Below the pieces are notes generated by a model, which was not told the origin of the DNA, searched no databases, and was given only the letters and a program-made list of their open reading frames with translations. A stretch of 64,000 nucleotides of DNA from a virus (Duplodnaviria; Caudoviricetes), in the IMG/VR virus record IMGVR_UViG_2974792740_000001, positions 11,944 through 75,943 of that record; one strand, given 5' to 3'. Positions 39,463-48,494 of the stretch are shown here, piece after piece (position 1 is the stretch's first letter; each line of letters starts with the position of its first letter). The position numbers were made by a program, and so were the translations under genes.

Positions 39463-40775
39463 CCAACAGTCTCTCTGTTGTCGGCAGTAGCAACTACGCC
39501 GCACAGATCGTCCGAGTGCCCGCCACCTACCCGCTCGACGGACTCGATAACCTCGTCGGCATCAAGGTTTTCAACAGCCAAATCCTCACCCAGAAGGGCG
39601 AAGTCGAACCGGGCGACCTCCGCGTCTACTTCCCCGCAGAGGTTCGCCTCTCCGACAAGTACCTGTCGGCCAACAACCTGTTCCGGGATCCGTTCCTCAA
39701 CCGGGACAGCACGGCCACACCCGGCTACTTCGAAACCAACGGTCGCGTCAAGGCAATCAAGCTGCGCGGGCACCGCTCGGACGGCCTGCTGATGCCGATC
39801 GAATCTCTGCTCGCCTTCGGTGCTCGCGGAGAGGATCTGGTTGAGGGTGCCGTGTTCGACACCATCAACGGGATCGAGATTTCCCGCAAGTATGAGGTGA
39901 AGACCAATGCGCCGGCCGATCCCTCAGCGAAGAAGGTGAAGAAGGCGTTCAAGCGGGTCACCACGAAGGTGTTCCCCGAGCACATCGACACCGACAACTT
40001 CTTCCGCAACCAGCACCTTCTCGACACGTCGCGGGAAGTCATCATCACCCAGAAGTTGCACGGCACGAGCATCCGTGTGGGGCGCGTTCCGGTGCTGCGC
40101 GAGATCGGCTGGGTGGAGCGCATCTTCAACAAGGTGGGTGGCCTGTTCGGCATCTCCACGGCTTCGCACGCCTACGAGGTTGTGTGTGGTTCGCGGAAGG
40201 TCATCAAGGATGTGACGAACCCGCGCAGCCAGCACTACTACGGCACGGACATCTGGTCACAGTACGGCATCCAGATCGGTGACCTGATCCCCGAGGGGTT
40301 CATCGTGTACGGCGAGTTGATCGGTTGGACGCCGGATGGCAAGCCGATTCAGAAGAACTACACCTACGACGTGCCGGTTGGTAAGCGTGAGCTGTACGTG
40401 TACCGGGTGGCTCGCGTGGATGTGAATGGCACGATGACGGATTTGTCGTGGGATGCGGTGCGTGAGTTTTGCGTTGAGCGTGGGCTGAAGCATGTGCCCG
40501 AGCTGTGGCGGATCAATGACGAGTACACGACAGCTTACGGTGAGGATCTTGAAGAGCACGTCTTGGAGCTGATGGACAAGCGTCACGCCGATCTCGATTG
40601 GCAGCCCAAGGATCCGCAGATTCCTTTGTCCGATCCGAAGACGGTTGATGAGGGTGTGTGCATCCGCCAGGAGCGGCTTGTTCCCACGATCCTGAAGGCG
40701 AAGTCGCCTGTGTTCTTGCAGCACGAAACCAAGCAGCTCGATACGGGCGAAGCCGACCTCGAAAGCGCAGCATGA
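39459..40775 (+). CDS. ATP-dependent RNA ligase (Rnl2/DRB0094-like) with N-terminal OB domain
   Basis: QKLHGTS (I), YGELIG (III), EGVCIR (IV), LKAKS (V). Confidence 0.88.
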   Translation: MTNSLSVVGSSNYAAQIVRVPATYPLDGLDNLVGIKVFNSQILTQKGEVEPGDLRVYFPAEVRLSDKYLSANNLFRDPFLNRDSTATPGYFETNGRVKAIKLRGHRSDGLLMPIESLLAFGARGEDLVEGAVFDTINGIEISRKYEVKTNAPADPSAKKVKKAFKRVTTKVFPEHIDTDNFFRNQHLLDTSREVIITQKLHGTSIRVGRVPVLREIGWVERIFNKVGGLFGISTASHAYEVVCGSRKVIKDVTNPRSQHYYGTDIWSQYGIQIGDLIPEGFIVYGELIGWTPDGKPIQKNYTYDVPVGKRELYVYRVARVDVNGTMTDLSWDAVREFCVERGLKHVPELWRINDEYTTAYGEDLEEHVLELMDKRHADLDWQPKDPQIPLSDPKTVDEGVCIRQERLVPTILKAKSPVFLQHETKQLDTGEADLESAA

Positions 40776-41623
40776 CAGTTCACCTGTACGCAGCCGACCT
40801 CACCGACAGGTCGAAACCACTCATCAACGTTCAACGCTTCCAGTTTCCCGGTGGCGAACAACACCTCCACATGCCCGCCCTGATCGACGGACACGAGTAC
40901 GAATGGGTTGCTGTAGTCAAGGGGGCCGACGCCAACGAACTCGTCACAGCGGGCCTCCTGGCCGACATCGCCTACCAGCGAGGGGAAGCATCCTCACTCC
41001 TGCTGCCCTACCTTCCGGCTGCACGGGCTGATCGGGGCCAGCCGTTCGCCCTCGACACCTACGCGAATGTCATTGGCGCACTCAACTTCGACGTGGTTGC
41101 CACTCTCGATGTTCACAGCCAGGTAGGCATCGATATGGAGTTCGGGGACTCCTACCATGTGCACCTGTCGGCCACTCCGCTTGTGGTTGCGGCGGTTGAG
41201 CATCAGGACAAGTTTGATGCTGTGATCGCTCCGGACTCTGGCGCTTTCGATCGTGCGCAGTCGGTGGCCCTGGCCCTGCGGGTGCCGGTGTACAGCGGCG
41301 TGAAGGAACGGGACTTCGCGACCGGGAAGCTCAGCAACTTCTATTACTCGGGTCCGACCGACGGCAATTTCCTTGTGGTCGATGACATCTGTGATGGTGG
41401 TGGCACGTTCGCCGGGTTTGCTGCGGTGTCGGGGATTCCTCGCGAGAACCTGTCGTTGTGGATCACGCATGGCATCTTCTCGAAGGGCTCTGCGTCGAAT
41501 TTGTTCCGCAATTACAAGGCTGTGTACACGACGGATTCGCATCCGGGTTCGGCGAATCTTCATGCGACTGTTCGTGTGCCGGTTGTGCCGCACATGTGGA
41601 AGCACGTAGCAGGAGGTCTGTGA
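40772..41623 (+). CDS. Ribose-phosphate pyrophosphokinase-like protein (possible Adps)
   Basis: FPGGEQH, LPYLPAARADR, LDVHS, APDSGA, VVDDICDGGGTF. Confidence 0.9.
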   Translation: MTVHLYAADLTDRSKPLINVQRFQFPGGEQHLHMPALIDGHEYEWVAVVKGADANELVTAGLLADIAYQRGEASSLLLPYLPAARADRGQPFALDTYANVIGALNFDVVATLDVHSQVGIDMEFGDSYHVHLSATPLVVAAVEHQDKFDAVIAPDSGAFDRAQSVALALRVPVYSGVKERDFATGKLSNFYYSGPTDGNFLVVDDICDGGGTFAGFAAVSGIPRENLSLWITHGIFSKGSASNLFRNYKAVYTTDSHPGSANLHATVRVPVVPHMWKHVAGGL

Positions 41624-41841
41624 TGGGTCGGATGCAAGTCAAGGATGTGGAGTCCACCAAGCGCGTTCTCTCTATGGCTGACGATCAGTCGAAGTTGATC
41701 CTAACGGAAGCGCTGGGATCTGGCGTTGCGGTCATAGAGGTTGCCGGTAGTTCCTACAGTGCGTACGCCAGCATTGTGCTCGACAAAGAGTCCGCAGTCA
41801 TTCTCGGTGAACGCCTCATCGAATTCGGAAGCCAACCCTGA
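41623..41841 (+). CDS. Hypothetical protein
   Basis: TGATG overlap. Confidence 0.5.
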   Translation: MGRMQVKDVESTKRVLSMADDQSKLILTEALGSGVAVIEVAGSSYSAYASIVLDKESAVILGERLIEFGSQP

Positions 41842-41849
41842 AAGGGAAC

Positions 41850-43337
41850 ATGACAAGCACACGTACCTATTTCGAACCCGTAGCGGCACTCTTCCAGACC
41901 GACGCCTACAAGCTCGGACACATCCAGCAATACCAGCTCGCCGGAAACGTCACCCGCGTCTACAGCAACTACACCAACCGCAAGAGTCGAATCCCCGGCG
42001 TCGACAACGTTGTCCACTTCGGCCTTCAGGCATTCATCCAGAAGAACCTCATGGAAGCGTTTGAACCGTTCTTCGAGTCCGATGAGGACGTGGTTGCCGA
42101 ACTGTACGAAGAGCGTGTCACGTCGATCCTGGGGCCGAATACGATCGGTTCCGATCACATCCGTGCACTGCACCGACTCGGGTATCTTCCGCTGCGGTTC
42201 TGTGCGGTCCCGGAAGGCACCCTCGTGCCCATCCGGATCCCCTCGTTCACGGTGGAGAACACTCTGCCTGAGTTCTTCTGGCTGACCAACTACATCGAGA
42301 CCGCCCTGTCGGCTGGTGTGTGGCAGGCGAGCACGTCGGCCACCATTGCCAGCGAGTACCGGCAGATCCTTGACACGGCGGCGTGGGAGACGGGTAGCAG
42401 CTTCGATGCTGTCGACTTCCAGGTTCACGATTTCAGCTACCGGGGAATGAGTTCCAATGAGTCTGCGCAGGTTTCGGGTGCGGCGCACCTGCTTTCGTTC
42501 TCCGGGACGGACTCTCTGGTCGCTCTCGATTGGATTGACCGCTACTACGGAGGCTCGGATTACGTTGCGGCGTCAGTCCCGGCGACAGAGCACAGTGTCA
42601 TGTGCACCGGAATCGCCAAGCTCGGTGAGCAGGAAATGTTCTCCAAGCTTCTCGACCTCTACCCGTCGGGGATCGTTTCCGTCGTGTCAGACACCTTCGA
42701 TCTGTGGCGTGTCCTCACGGAGTACCTGCCAGCACTGCGCACTAAGGTACTTGCGCGAGACGGGAAGCTAGTCATCCGCCCGGACTCGGGCGACCCGCAG
42801 AAGATCATCTGTGGCGACCCTGACGCCCCTGAGGGCAGCAATGAGTACCTGGGTGTGATCGGCCTGCTGGATCGCACGTTCGGTTCGACTCCGAACAAGC
42901 TCGGCTACTACGAGCTGGACTCGCACGTCGGCATCATCTACGGCGATTCGATCACCGTGGAGCGGGCAAAGGCGATCACTGACGATCTGGCTTCGCAGAA
43001 CTACGCGAGCACGAATGTGGTGTTCGGTGTCGGTAGCTTCACCTACCAGTACAACACGCGTGACACCTTCGGTTCGGCGATGAAGGCTACGTGGGCTGAG
43101 GTGGACGGTGAGGGTGTCAATCTGCTGAAAGACCCGATCACTGACGATGGCACGAAGAAGTCGGCTACGGGCCGTCTGGCGGTCAATGTGGATGACATGG
43201 GTGCCTGGACCCTGACCGAGAAGGCTAACGAATGGGAAGAGGCCCTGAGTGACCTTCAGCCCGTTTGGGAGAACGGTCAGTTCATCCAGCGTCAGACCTT
43301 CCAGGACGTGAGGAAGAAGCTCGCATACTGGGGGTGA
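41850..43337 (+). CDS. Nicotinamide phosphoribosyltransferase-like protein (possible Namat)
   Basis: TDAYKLGH, HDFSYRG, AAHLLSFSGTD, PATEHS, VVSDTFD, IRPDSGDP, IYGDSIT. Confidence 0.95.
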   Translation: MTSTRTYFEPVAALFQTDAYKLGHIQQYQLAGNVTRVYSNYTNRKSRIPGVDNVVHFGLQAFIQKNLMEAFEPFFESDEDVVAELYEERVTSILGPNTIGSDHIRALHRLGYLPLRFCAVPEGTLVPIRIPSFTVENTLPEFFWLTNYIETALSAGVWQASTSATIASEYRQILDTAAWETGSSFDAVDFQVHDFSYRGMSSNESAQVSGAAHLLSFSGTDSLVALDWIDRYYGGSDYVAASVPATEHSVMCTGIAKLGEQEMFSKLLDLYPSGIVSVVSDTFDLWRVLTEYLPALRTKVLARDGKLVIRPDSGDPQKIICGDPDAPEGSNEYLGVIGLLDRTFGSTPNKLGYYELDSHVGIIYGDSITVERAKAITDDLASQNYASTNVVFGVGSFTYQYNTRDTFGSAMKATWAEVDGEGVNLLKDPITDDGTKKSATGRLAVNVDDMGAWTLTEKANEWEEALSDLQPVWENGQFIQRQTFQDVRKKLAYWG

Positions 43338-43342
43338 CCTGA

Positions 43343-43882
43343 TTGGCGATCGACTACACCAAGCCGACTGCCGGTAGGGACTCGATGGCCGGAAAGTTGC
43401 TGGCGCAGAAACAGGGTCGCACTACTGGGCTACGCGACTCGGTGTCGTGGGGCGCGGAACGCGAACTGCTGATGCAGGTTGGCGAGCAGTTGAAAGCCAT
43501 ACACGGGGCGGTCGATGGACCCAAGCCGGTACAGAAGATTTCGTACAAGAAAGTACGCAAGCCTGATGTTTCATCGGCCCCCCGCTTCAAGGCCCTAAAG
43601 CCATGCCCACGGTGTGGCGCGTGGCGAGTCCACCGACTGGCCGAGCCCAACCCGGACCCACCCAACGTGGTCGACAACGGCGAAATCCTCTGCTCCGCAG
43701 ACGACATCAACGCCGAAGTCTACCTCGGGTGGGCCACCTCAACGACCGAGATTGTCGGCTACGGCAACCTTCAGCCAACGAGGACCATCAAGAACGGGCC
43801 GCGACTCGACCGCTTCGACGAACGAGGATTCGAGGTCATTCGCATCTGCCCAGAATGCGCACACACATGGGGTGAAATCTGA
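43343..43882 (+). CDS. Hypothetical zinc-ribbon protein
   Basis: CPRC..H and CPEC.H.W. Confidence 0.6.
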   Translation: MAIDYTKPTAGRDSMAGKLLAQKQGRTTGLRDSVSWGAERELLMQVGEQLKAIHGAVDGPKPVQKISYKKVRKPDVSSAPRFKALKPCPRCGAWRVHRLAEPNPDPPNVVDNGEILCSADDINAEVYLGWATSTTEIVGYGNLQPTRTIKNGPRLDRFDERGFEVIRICPECAHTWGEI

Positions 43883-44649
43883 ACACACACAAACAGATCG
43901 CATACGACAACCTGATGATGCTCGGCATAGCAGGATCGCAGCTCTACGGCACCAACCTGGACAACGGCGACAACGACCAGATGGGTGTTTGCCTGGAACC
44001 GCCCGCCTACGTGACTGGACTGGAAACCTTCGAGCAGTACCAGTACCATTCCGCCGGCAAGGACACTCGTTCCAGCGCAGACGATCTCGATCTCACGATC
44101 TACAGTCTCCGCAAATGGGCAAAGCTTGCAGCGGCAGGCAACCCCACGGTCCTGCTGTTGGGGTTCACTCCCGATGAGCTACTGCTCCATGACAGCCTGG
44201 ACGGTCGGATCCTTCGCTACTCGATGCACCGTTTCATGTCCCGGCAGGCTGCGGGCAAGTTCTACGGCTACCTGGAATCCCAACGCAAGCAGATGCTCGG
44301 TCTCACCGGACGTAAGCACAGCAACCGGCCAGAGCTGGTCGAGCAGTTCGGTTTCGACACCAAGTTCGCCTACCACGCAGTGAGACTCGGAATGCAAGGC
44401 GTCGAGTACCTGACGACGGGCGAGATGACGCTGCCCATGCGGGAAGAGGAACGCAACTACCTGATCGACATCAGGCAAGGCCGCGAGTCCTTCGACGATG
44501 TGGTCACGGTCATCAACCTGTACCAAGGGCTGCTGCTCAAGCTGATGCGTTCCGCCGAGCTGCCCCCGCGTGCCGACTATCAGTGGATTAATCGGTGGCT
44601 CACTGACACGTATGTGATCCACTGGAACGAGAGGGGCTATCTGCTCTGA
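43879..44649 (+). CDS. Pol-beta-family nucleotidyltransferase (PF10127/RlaP-like)
   Basis: GSQLYG..DNDQMGV, GNPTVL, FDTKFAYHAVRL; start inferred at CTG 43879 (first ATG 43915). Confidence 0.8.
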   Translation: MNTHKQIAYDNLMMLGIAGSQLYGTNLDNGDNDQMGVCLEPPAYVTGLETFEQYQYHSAGKDTRSSADDLDLTIYSLRKWAKLAAAGNPTVLLLGFTPDELLLHDSLDGRILRYSMHRFMSRQAAGKFYGYLESQRKQMLGLTGRKHSNRPELVEQFGFDTKFAYHAVRLGMQGVEYLTTGEMTLPMREEERNYLIDIRQGRESFDDVVTVINLYQGLLLKLMRSAELPPRADYQWINRWLTDTYVIHWNERGYLL

Positions 44650-44891
44650 CGGTCTGGCTCGACGAAACCGAGGCAATCACATTCATAGGGCGGCACAAAC
44701 GCACCCTACGCAGATGGCGCAAGCATCGGATCGTTGTAGCCCGTCGCACCAAGTACGGCTACGAGTACGACAAACAATCCCTGCGATCCGCGAAACTGCG
44801 TATGGCGCAAAGGGCTGACGAACAGGAGTACAACGGTGGACGACCGCGAAAATACGCCCCCCAGCCAGGAGACATGGATTACCTCTTCTGA
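44646..44891 (+). CDS. MerR-like HTH protein with CTG start (absent from ORF track)
   Basis: TVWLDETEAITFIGRHKRTLRRWRKHRIV..YEYDKQSL; CTGA overlap with upstream stop. Confidence 0.65.
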   Translation: MTVWLDETEAITFIGRHKRTLRRWRKHRIVVARRTKYGYEYDKQSLRSAKLRMAQRADEQEYNGGRPRKYAPQPGDMDYLF

Positions 44892-45036
44892 CTACGACCG
44901 CGCTGTGCACATCATCGCCGAATCGGCGTACGGGCGTGAGCCCACTGCCGAGGATTTGAACCAGGCTGAGAAGCTGGTCGCGGTGTTCTACAGCCTCGTG
45001 GATGCGAAGCTAATCGCGTGTCCCCCTGGGGAGTAA
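44836..45036 (+). CDS. Hypothetical protein
   Basis: AGGAG RBS before GTG; overlaps the HTH gene by 56 nt. Confidence 0.45.
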   Translation: MDDRENTPPSQETWITSSDYDRAVHIIAESAYGREPTAEDLNQAEKLVAVFYSLVDAKLIACPPGE

Positions 45037-45100
45037 TGTTGTAAGTGAATCGGGGTTGAGAGAGCGCCCAAGACATTGAACGGCGCTCCCCACTCCGAGG

Positions 45101-45156
45101 CTGACTGCGTTGCCGATTGGATCGGAATCAACGCGGGTTCGAATCCCGCCAGTCAG
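45101..45156 (+). ncRNA. D-armless tRNA-like RNA
   Basis: CTGACTG/CAGTCAG 7-bp stem; GCGGG-TTCGAAT-CCCGC T-arm; one central hairpin. Confidence 0.55.
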
Positions 45157-45159
45157 ACG

Positions 45160-45290
45160 GGCGCAGATGCGTAGATTGTGGTTACTTCACTAATTGGATA
45201 TGCAGGTTCAAGTCCTGCCGTCAAGCCTCTCAGGCCGCTGAGCCTTGATGCTCGACGTTTGTTCCACGATCGACCAAGTTCCCTCGCGCC
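45160..45290 (+). ncRNA. Y RNA-like unit 1 (with tRNA-like module)
   Basis: Terminal stem; ATGCGTAG..GTTACTTC..AAGTTCC motif; T-arm GCAGG-TTCAAGT-CCTGC followed by a loop-closed acceptor stem. Confidence 0.7.
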
Positions 45291-45298
45291 AACTACCA

Positions 45299-45371
45299 CC
45301 CCAGATGCGAAGGCTGCACAGTTACTTCAATTGGATGAAACGCACACTGTGTGCCATCCAGTCCCCTGGGG
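45299..45371 (+). ncRNA. Y RNA-like unit 2 (short)
   Basis: CCCCAG/CTGGGG stem; ATGCGAAG..GTTACTTC..AGTCCC. Confidence 0.65.
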
Positions 45372-45382
45372 TTACATCTTCA

Positions 45383-45530
45383 CGTTCAGATGCGTAGAGA
45401 CGTTGGTTACTTCCATGCTAAGGACGAGGTTGCGGGTTCGAATCCCGCCCAGTCAGGCCGCAAGGCAGGTCAGGTAGCTCAATCGGCTAGAGCGCGTAAA
45501 CACACCAACACTCGGCAAGTTCCCTGAACG
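45383..45530 (+). ncRNA. Y RNA-like unit 3 (YrlA-type permuted tRNA module)
   Basis: CGTTCAG/CTGAACG stem; T-arm, GCAA-capped hairpin, then D-arm TA-GCTC-AATCGGCTA-GAGC. Confidence 0.8.
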
Positions 45531-45542
45531 ATCAAACATTCC

Positions 45543-45627
45543 GCCGTGATGCGAAGCACGAACGTTACTTCATCAGTTGCTAAAGAAACCGAACAGAAAC
45601 ACGTTCATGCAACTCAGTTCACACGGC
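45543..45627 (+). ncRNA. Y RNA-like unit 4 (short)
   Basis: GCCGTG/CACGGC stem; ATGCGAAG..GTTACTTC..AGTTCA; inner AGTTGC/GCAACT. Confidence 0.65.
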
Positions 45628-45654
45628 ACAATTCAACACACAGGAGCAGAAGGA

Positions 45655-47253
45655 ATGTCGCGCTACAACACCGCCACCAAGGCCCGACCCGCACAAAAGT
45701 CGAGCGCCATCAAGGCCGGTACGAAGCCCAAAACCAACCCACAGGGTGGAATCGGATTCAAGCGCGGCGACGCCAAGTCCGAACTGTTCCTCTCCGCTGC
45801 AACCTCATTCATGCAGCCCAAATTCTATGAAACCGAAAGCGACCTGCGCGCACGTCAGCGCAAGCTCATCGCCAAGGTGGCCGTCTCCGACCCGGAGTGG
45901 ACTTTCGAGTTCCTGACGTGGCTCCGCACCGAGGGCAACCTGCGCACCGGGTCGCTCACCCTGGCCGCTGACGCGGTTCGGGAACGCCTGAAGGCGGGCA
46001 AAACGGGCTGGAACCGGCAGATCATCTCCACGGTCCTGCGCCGGCCTGACGAGCCTGGCGAAATGCTGGCCTACTGGACAACCAACTACGGTCGCAACGT
46101 GCCGATCTCGGTCAAGCGTGGCATCGCGGACGTCATTGAGGGCCAGTACAACGAGCGCAACTTTCTGAAGTACGACAGCGCGTCTCGCGCCTTCCGGTTC
46201 GGTGATGTGATCGAGCTGACCCATCCGAAGATGACGGGCAGCCGGGGTGATCTCGCCTCGTATGCGATCACTGTGGGTAAGGGCCATGACGCCGAGATCC
46301 CGTCTTCCCTCTCGATGATCCGAAAGAATCGCAACCTGCGTCAGTGGACTCCCGGCGAGATCGTGGAGCGCGCAAAGTACCGGGGCGACGATCTGATGCC
46401 ACTGAGCGACGTGCTCAGCGCAGCAGGTATGACGTGGGAAGATATTCCCGCACTCGTCAACGGCCCCTGGACGCCCGAACTGTGGGAAGCCGCCATCCCC
46501 AACATGGGCGTGATGGCCCTCATGCGGAACTTGAGAAACTTCGACCAAGTCGGCATCTCCAAGCAAGCCGCAAAGATGGTCCGCGACAAACTGTCCGACC
46601 CTGAGGCTGTCCGCAAGTCCCGAATCCTTCCCCTCCGTGCACTGTCCGCCTACAAGGCTGTCAGCAATTCGCGCTGGCACGGCGCACTCGAAGACGCCGT
46701 GGACATCACTCTGGATAACGTGCCCGCCCTGAAGGGCCGCACGCTGATCCTGGTGGACTGCTCGGGCTCCATGTTCTTCGGTAACGGAACTGATCTGAGC
46801 TACGCAGAGTCGGCAGCAGTGTTCGGTACTGCACTCGCGGCGAAGGCAGAGAAGGCCACCCTCGTGCACTACGGGTCCAGCTCGCGAGAGGTTCCGGTCC
46901 CACGTGGCGCTTCGGTGTTGGAGATGGCCCGCTCGGTGCACAGCATGGGCGGCACAGCCACCGCAGCAGCGATCCAGCAGCACTACAACGGCCACGATCG
47001 TGTCATCCTGCTGACTGATGAGCAGCACAACGGTGGCGGCTACGGATGGGGCTCGCGCTACGTGTCTCAGAACCCGAGCGACTACGTGCCAAAGCACATT
47101 CCGCTCATCACCTTCAACCTCGCCGGATACAAGCTCGGCGGCGTCAAGGACGGCCCTAATCGGCTGACATTCTCGTCGCTGTCCGACTCGGCCTGGAAGC
47201 TTGTTGACATGTTCGGCAACGGCATGTCCGGATGGCCCTGGGAGGCAAACTGA
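45655..47253 (+). CDS. rsr: Ro60/TROVE-domain RNA-binding protein
   Basis: TROVE motifs (LRRPDEPGEMLAYW, KYD, MALMRNLRNF, RILPLR) and VWA MIDAS DCSGS..TDEQ. Confidence 0.93.
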   Translation: MSRYNTATKARPAQKSSAIKAGTKPKTNPQGGIGFKRGDAKSELFLSAATSFMQPKFYETESDLRARQRKLIAKVAVSDPEWTFEFLTWLRTEGNLRTGSLTLAADAVRERLKAGKTGWNRQIISTVLRRPDEPGEMLAYWTTNYGRNVPISVKRGIADVIEGQYNERNFLKYDSASRAFRFGDVIELTHPKMTGSRGDLASYAITVGKGHDAEIPSSLSMIRKNRNLRQWTPGEIVERAKYRGDDLMPLSDVLSAAGMTWEDIPALVNGPWTPELWEAAIPNMGVMALMRNLRNFDQVGISKQAAKMVRDKLSDPEAVRKSRILPLRALSAYKAVSNSRWHGALEDAVDITLDNVPALKGRTLILVDCSGSMFFGNGTDLSYAESAAVFGTALAAKAEKATLVHYGSSSREVPVPRGASVLEMARSVHSMGGTATAAAIQQHYNGHDRVILLTDEQHNGGGYGWGSRYVSQNPSDYVPKHIPLITFNLAGYKLGGVKDGPNRLTFSSLSDSAWKLVDMFGNGMSGWPWEAN

Positions 47254-47254
47254 C

Positions 47255-47350
47255 ATGGACCCCCTGACAATGCTTGGCCTCGTCGCTATCGGCATCTTCA
47301 TCGGCGGAGTCTTCGGAATCTCCGCGTACGACTACTTTCTCAATCATTGA
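47255..47350 (+). CDS. 31-aa membrane peptide (absent from ORF track)
   Basis: MDPLTMLGLVAIGIFIGGVFGISAYDYFLNH; TTGA overlap with next gene. Confidence 0.55.
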   Translation: MDPLTMLGLVAIGIFIGGVFGISAYDYFLNH

Positions 47351-48063
47351 GTGAGCTACACGATGCCGCGCTGAACTACCTGTACGAAGGATTCCAAGTC
47401 TTCCCGCTATGGCCTGGCGGGAAAACCCCACTCGTCGAGAACGGCTTGCACGAAGCAACCGACAATCCCACCACCGTGGACAAATGGTGGGGACGCTGGC
47501 CGCAAGCCAACATCGGGGTGAGGGTGCCAGAACGAGTGATCGTGATCGACATAGACCCCCGCTCCGGGGGCGCACTCGACCAGCTTGGAAACATCCCAAG
47601 AACACGCACAGCCGCAACAGGTGGCGGCGGATGGCATCTCCTATTCAGGCATGTTGGACGAGCACGAGGGAAGCTGGATGAGGCCCGTGGTATCGACATC
47701 AAAACTAACAGCGGCTATATCGTTGGTGCGCCAAGCGTTCACGAGTCTGGCCGACGCTATCGCTGGACTGATCGCGGCCCTATCGCAGACCTTCCGGCAT
47801 CCCTGCTCCGTCGTGTATCCCCTGCTCCCCCGCAGGTGGTGTGGGACGACCCTGGTGTGGGCTCCACCAAGGGATTGGTTGCCACTGTCGCGGATGCGGT
47901 TGAGGGCGAACGGAACCACAAATTCTTCTGGGCTGCGTGTCGGGCCTATCAAGAGGGGGCTGATCCTGAGTTGATGGGCGCGTTGGTGAATGCTGCTCGT
48001 TCGATTGGGTTGACTGAGCGTGAGATTGGGTTGTCCCTTCGTTCTGCTCAGGCCCGCGTGTAG
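47347..48063 (+). CDS. Bifunctional DNA primase/polymerase (Prim-Pol) with helical C-terminal domain
   Basis: VFPLWPGGKTP, ANIG, VIDIDPR, TGGGGWHLLF, GIDIK..GYIVGAPS, GERNH. Confidence 0.9.
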   Translation: MSELHDAALNYLYEGFQVFPLWPGGKTPLVENGLHEATDNPTTVDKWWGRWPQANIGVRVPERVIVIDIDPRSGGALDQLGNIPRTRTAATGGGGWHLLFRHVGRARGKLDEARGIDIKTNSGYIVGAPSVHESGRRYRWTDRGPIADLPASLLRRVSPAPPQVVWDDPGVGSTKGLVATVADAVEGERNHKFFWAACRAYQEGADPELMGALVNAARSIGLTEREIGLSLRSAQARV

Positions 48064-48163
48064 CTGAGTAGAAGTTTCGGCTCCGTTTCATGGACACTCC
48101 AACGTCAATCAAACGGGCAGTCCCTTTCTAGGACAAAAGTCCTGTGCGGCAACACAGGCATCT

Positions 48164-48238
48164 GCCCGCGTAGCTTAATGGTAAAGCCCCGGCTTGTGGT
48201 GCCGGTGATTACGGTTCGACTCCGTGCGCGTGGAACCA
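48164..48238 (+). tRNA. tRNA-His(GTG), imperfect acceptor stem
   Basis: D, anticodon (CCGGC-TTGTGGT-GCCGG) and T arms canonical; ends ACCA. Confidence 0.75.
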
Positions 48239-48239
48239 A

Positions 48240-48375
48240 CGGCCGATAGTCCAATGGAGTGGTCCCCACATATCGAACTAGCGGGCGTGCACGCCGACGG
48301 CTAGCGAATTTCTGTGAAGGGTCCAGGACGCCCCAAATGGTGGAGGAAATGCGGGTTCGAATCCCGCGAGGCCGA
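48240..48375 (+). ncRNA. tRNA-Pro(TGG)-like RNA with ~65-nt D-loop insertion
   Basis: C1:G72, A73, GTCC/GGAC D-stem, canonical T-arm; insert forms a nested hairpin. Confidence 0.55.
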
Positions 48376-48494
48376 CGAAATGACCGGACGACCGTGGAAG
48401 CCGGTTGGTCATGAACGAGCGCAACTTGCCTGCCGGTGGCTAGGTTGCGTCTGGTAGACGGTGGGGCTTCCGGAAACAATTCCCCACCTCGCAA

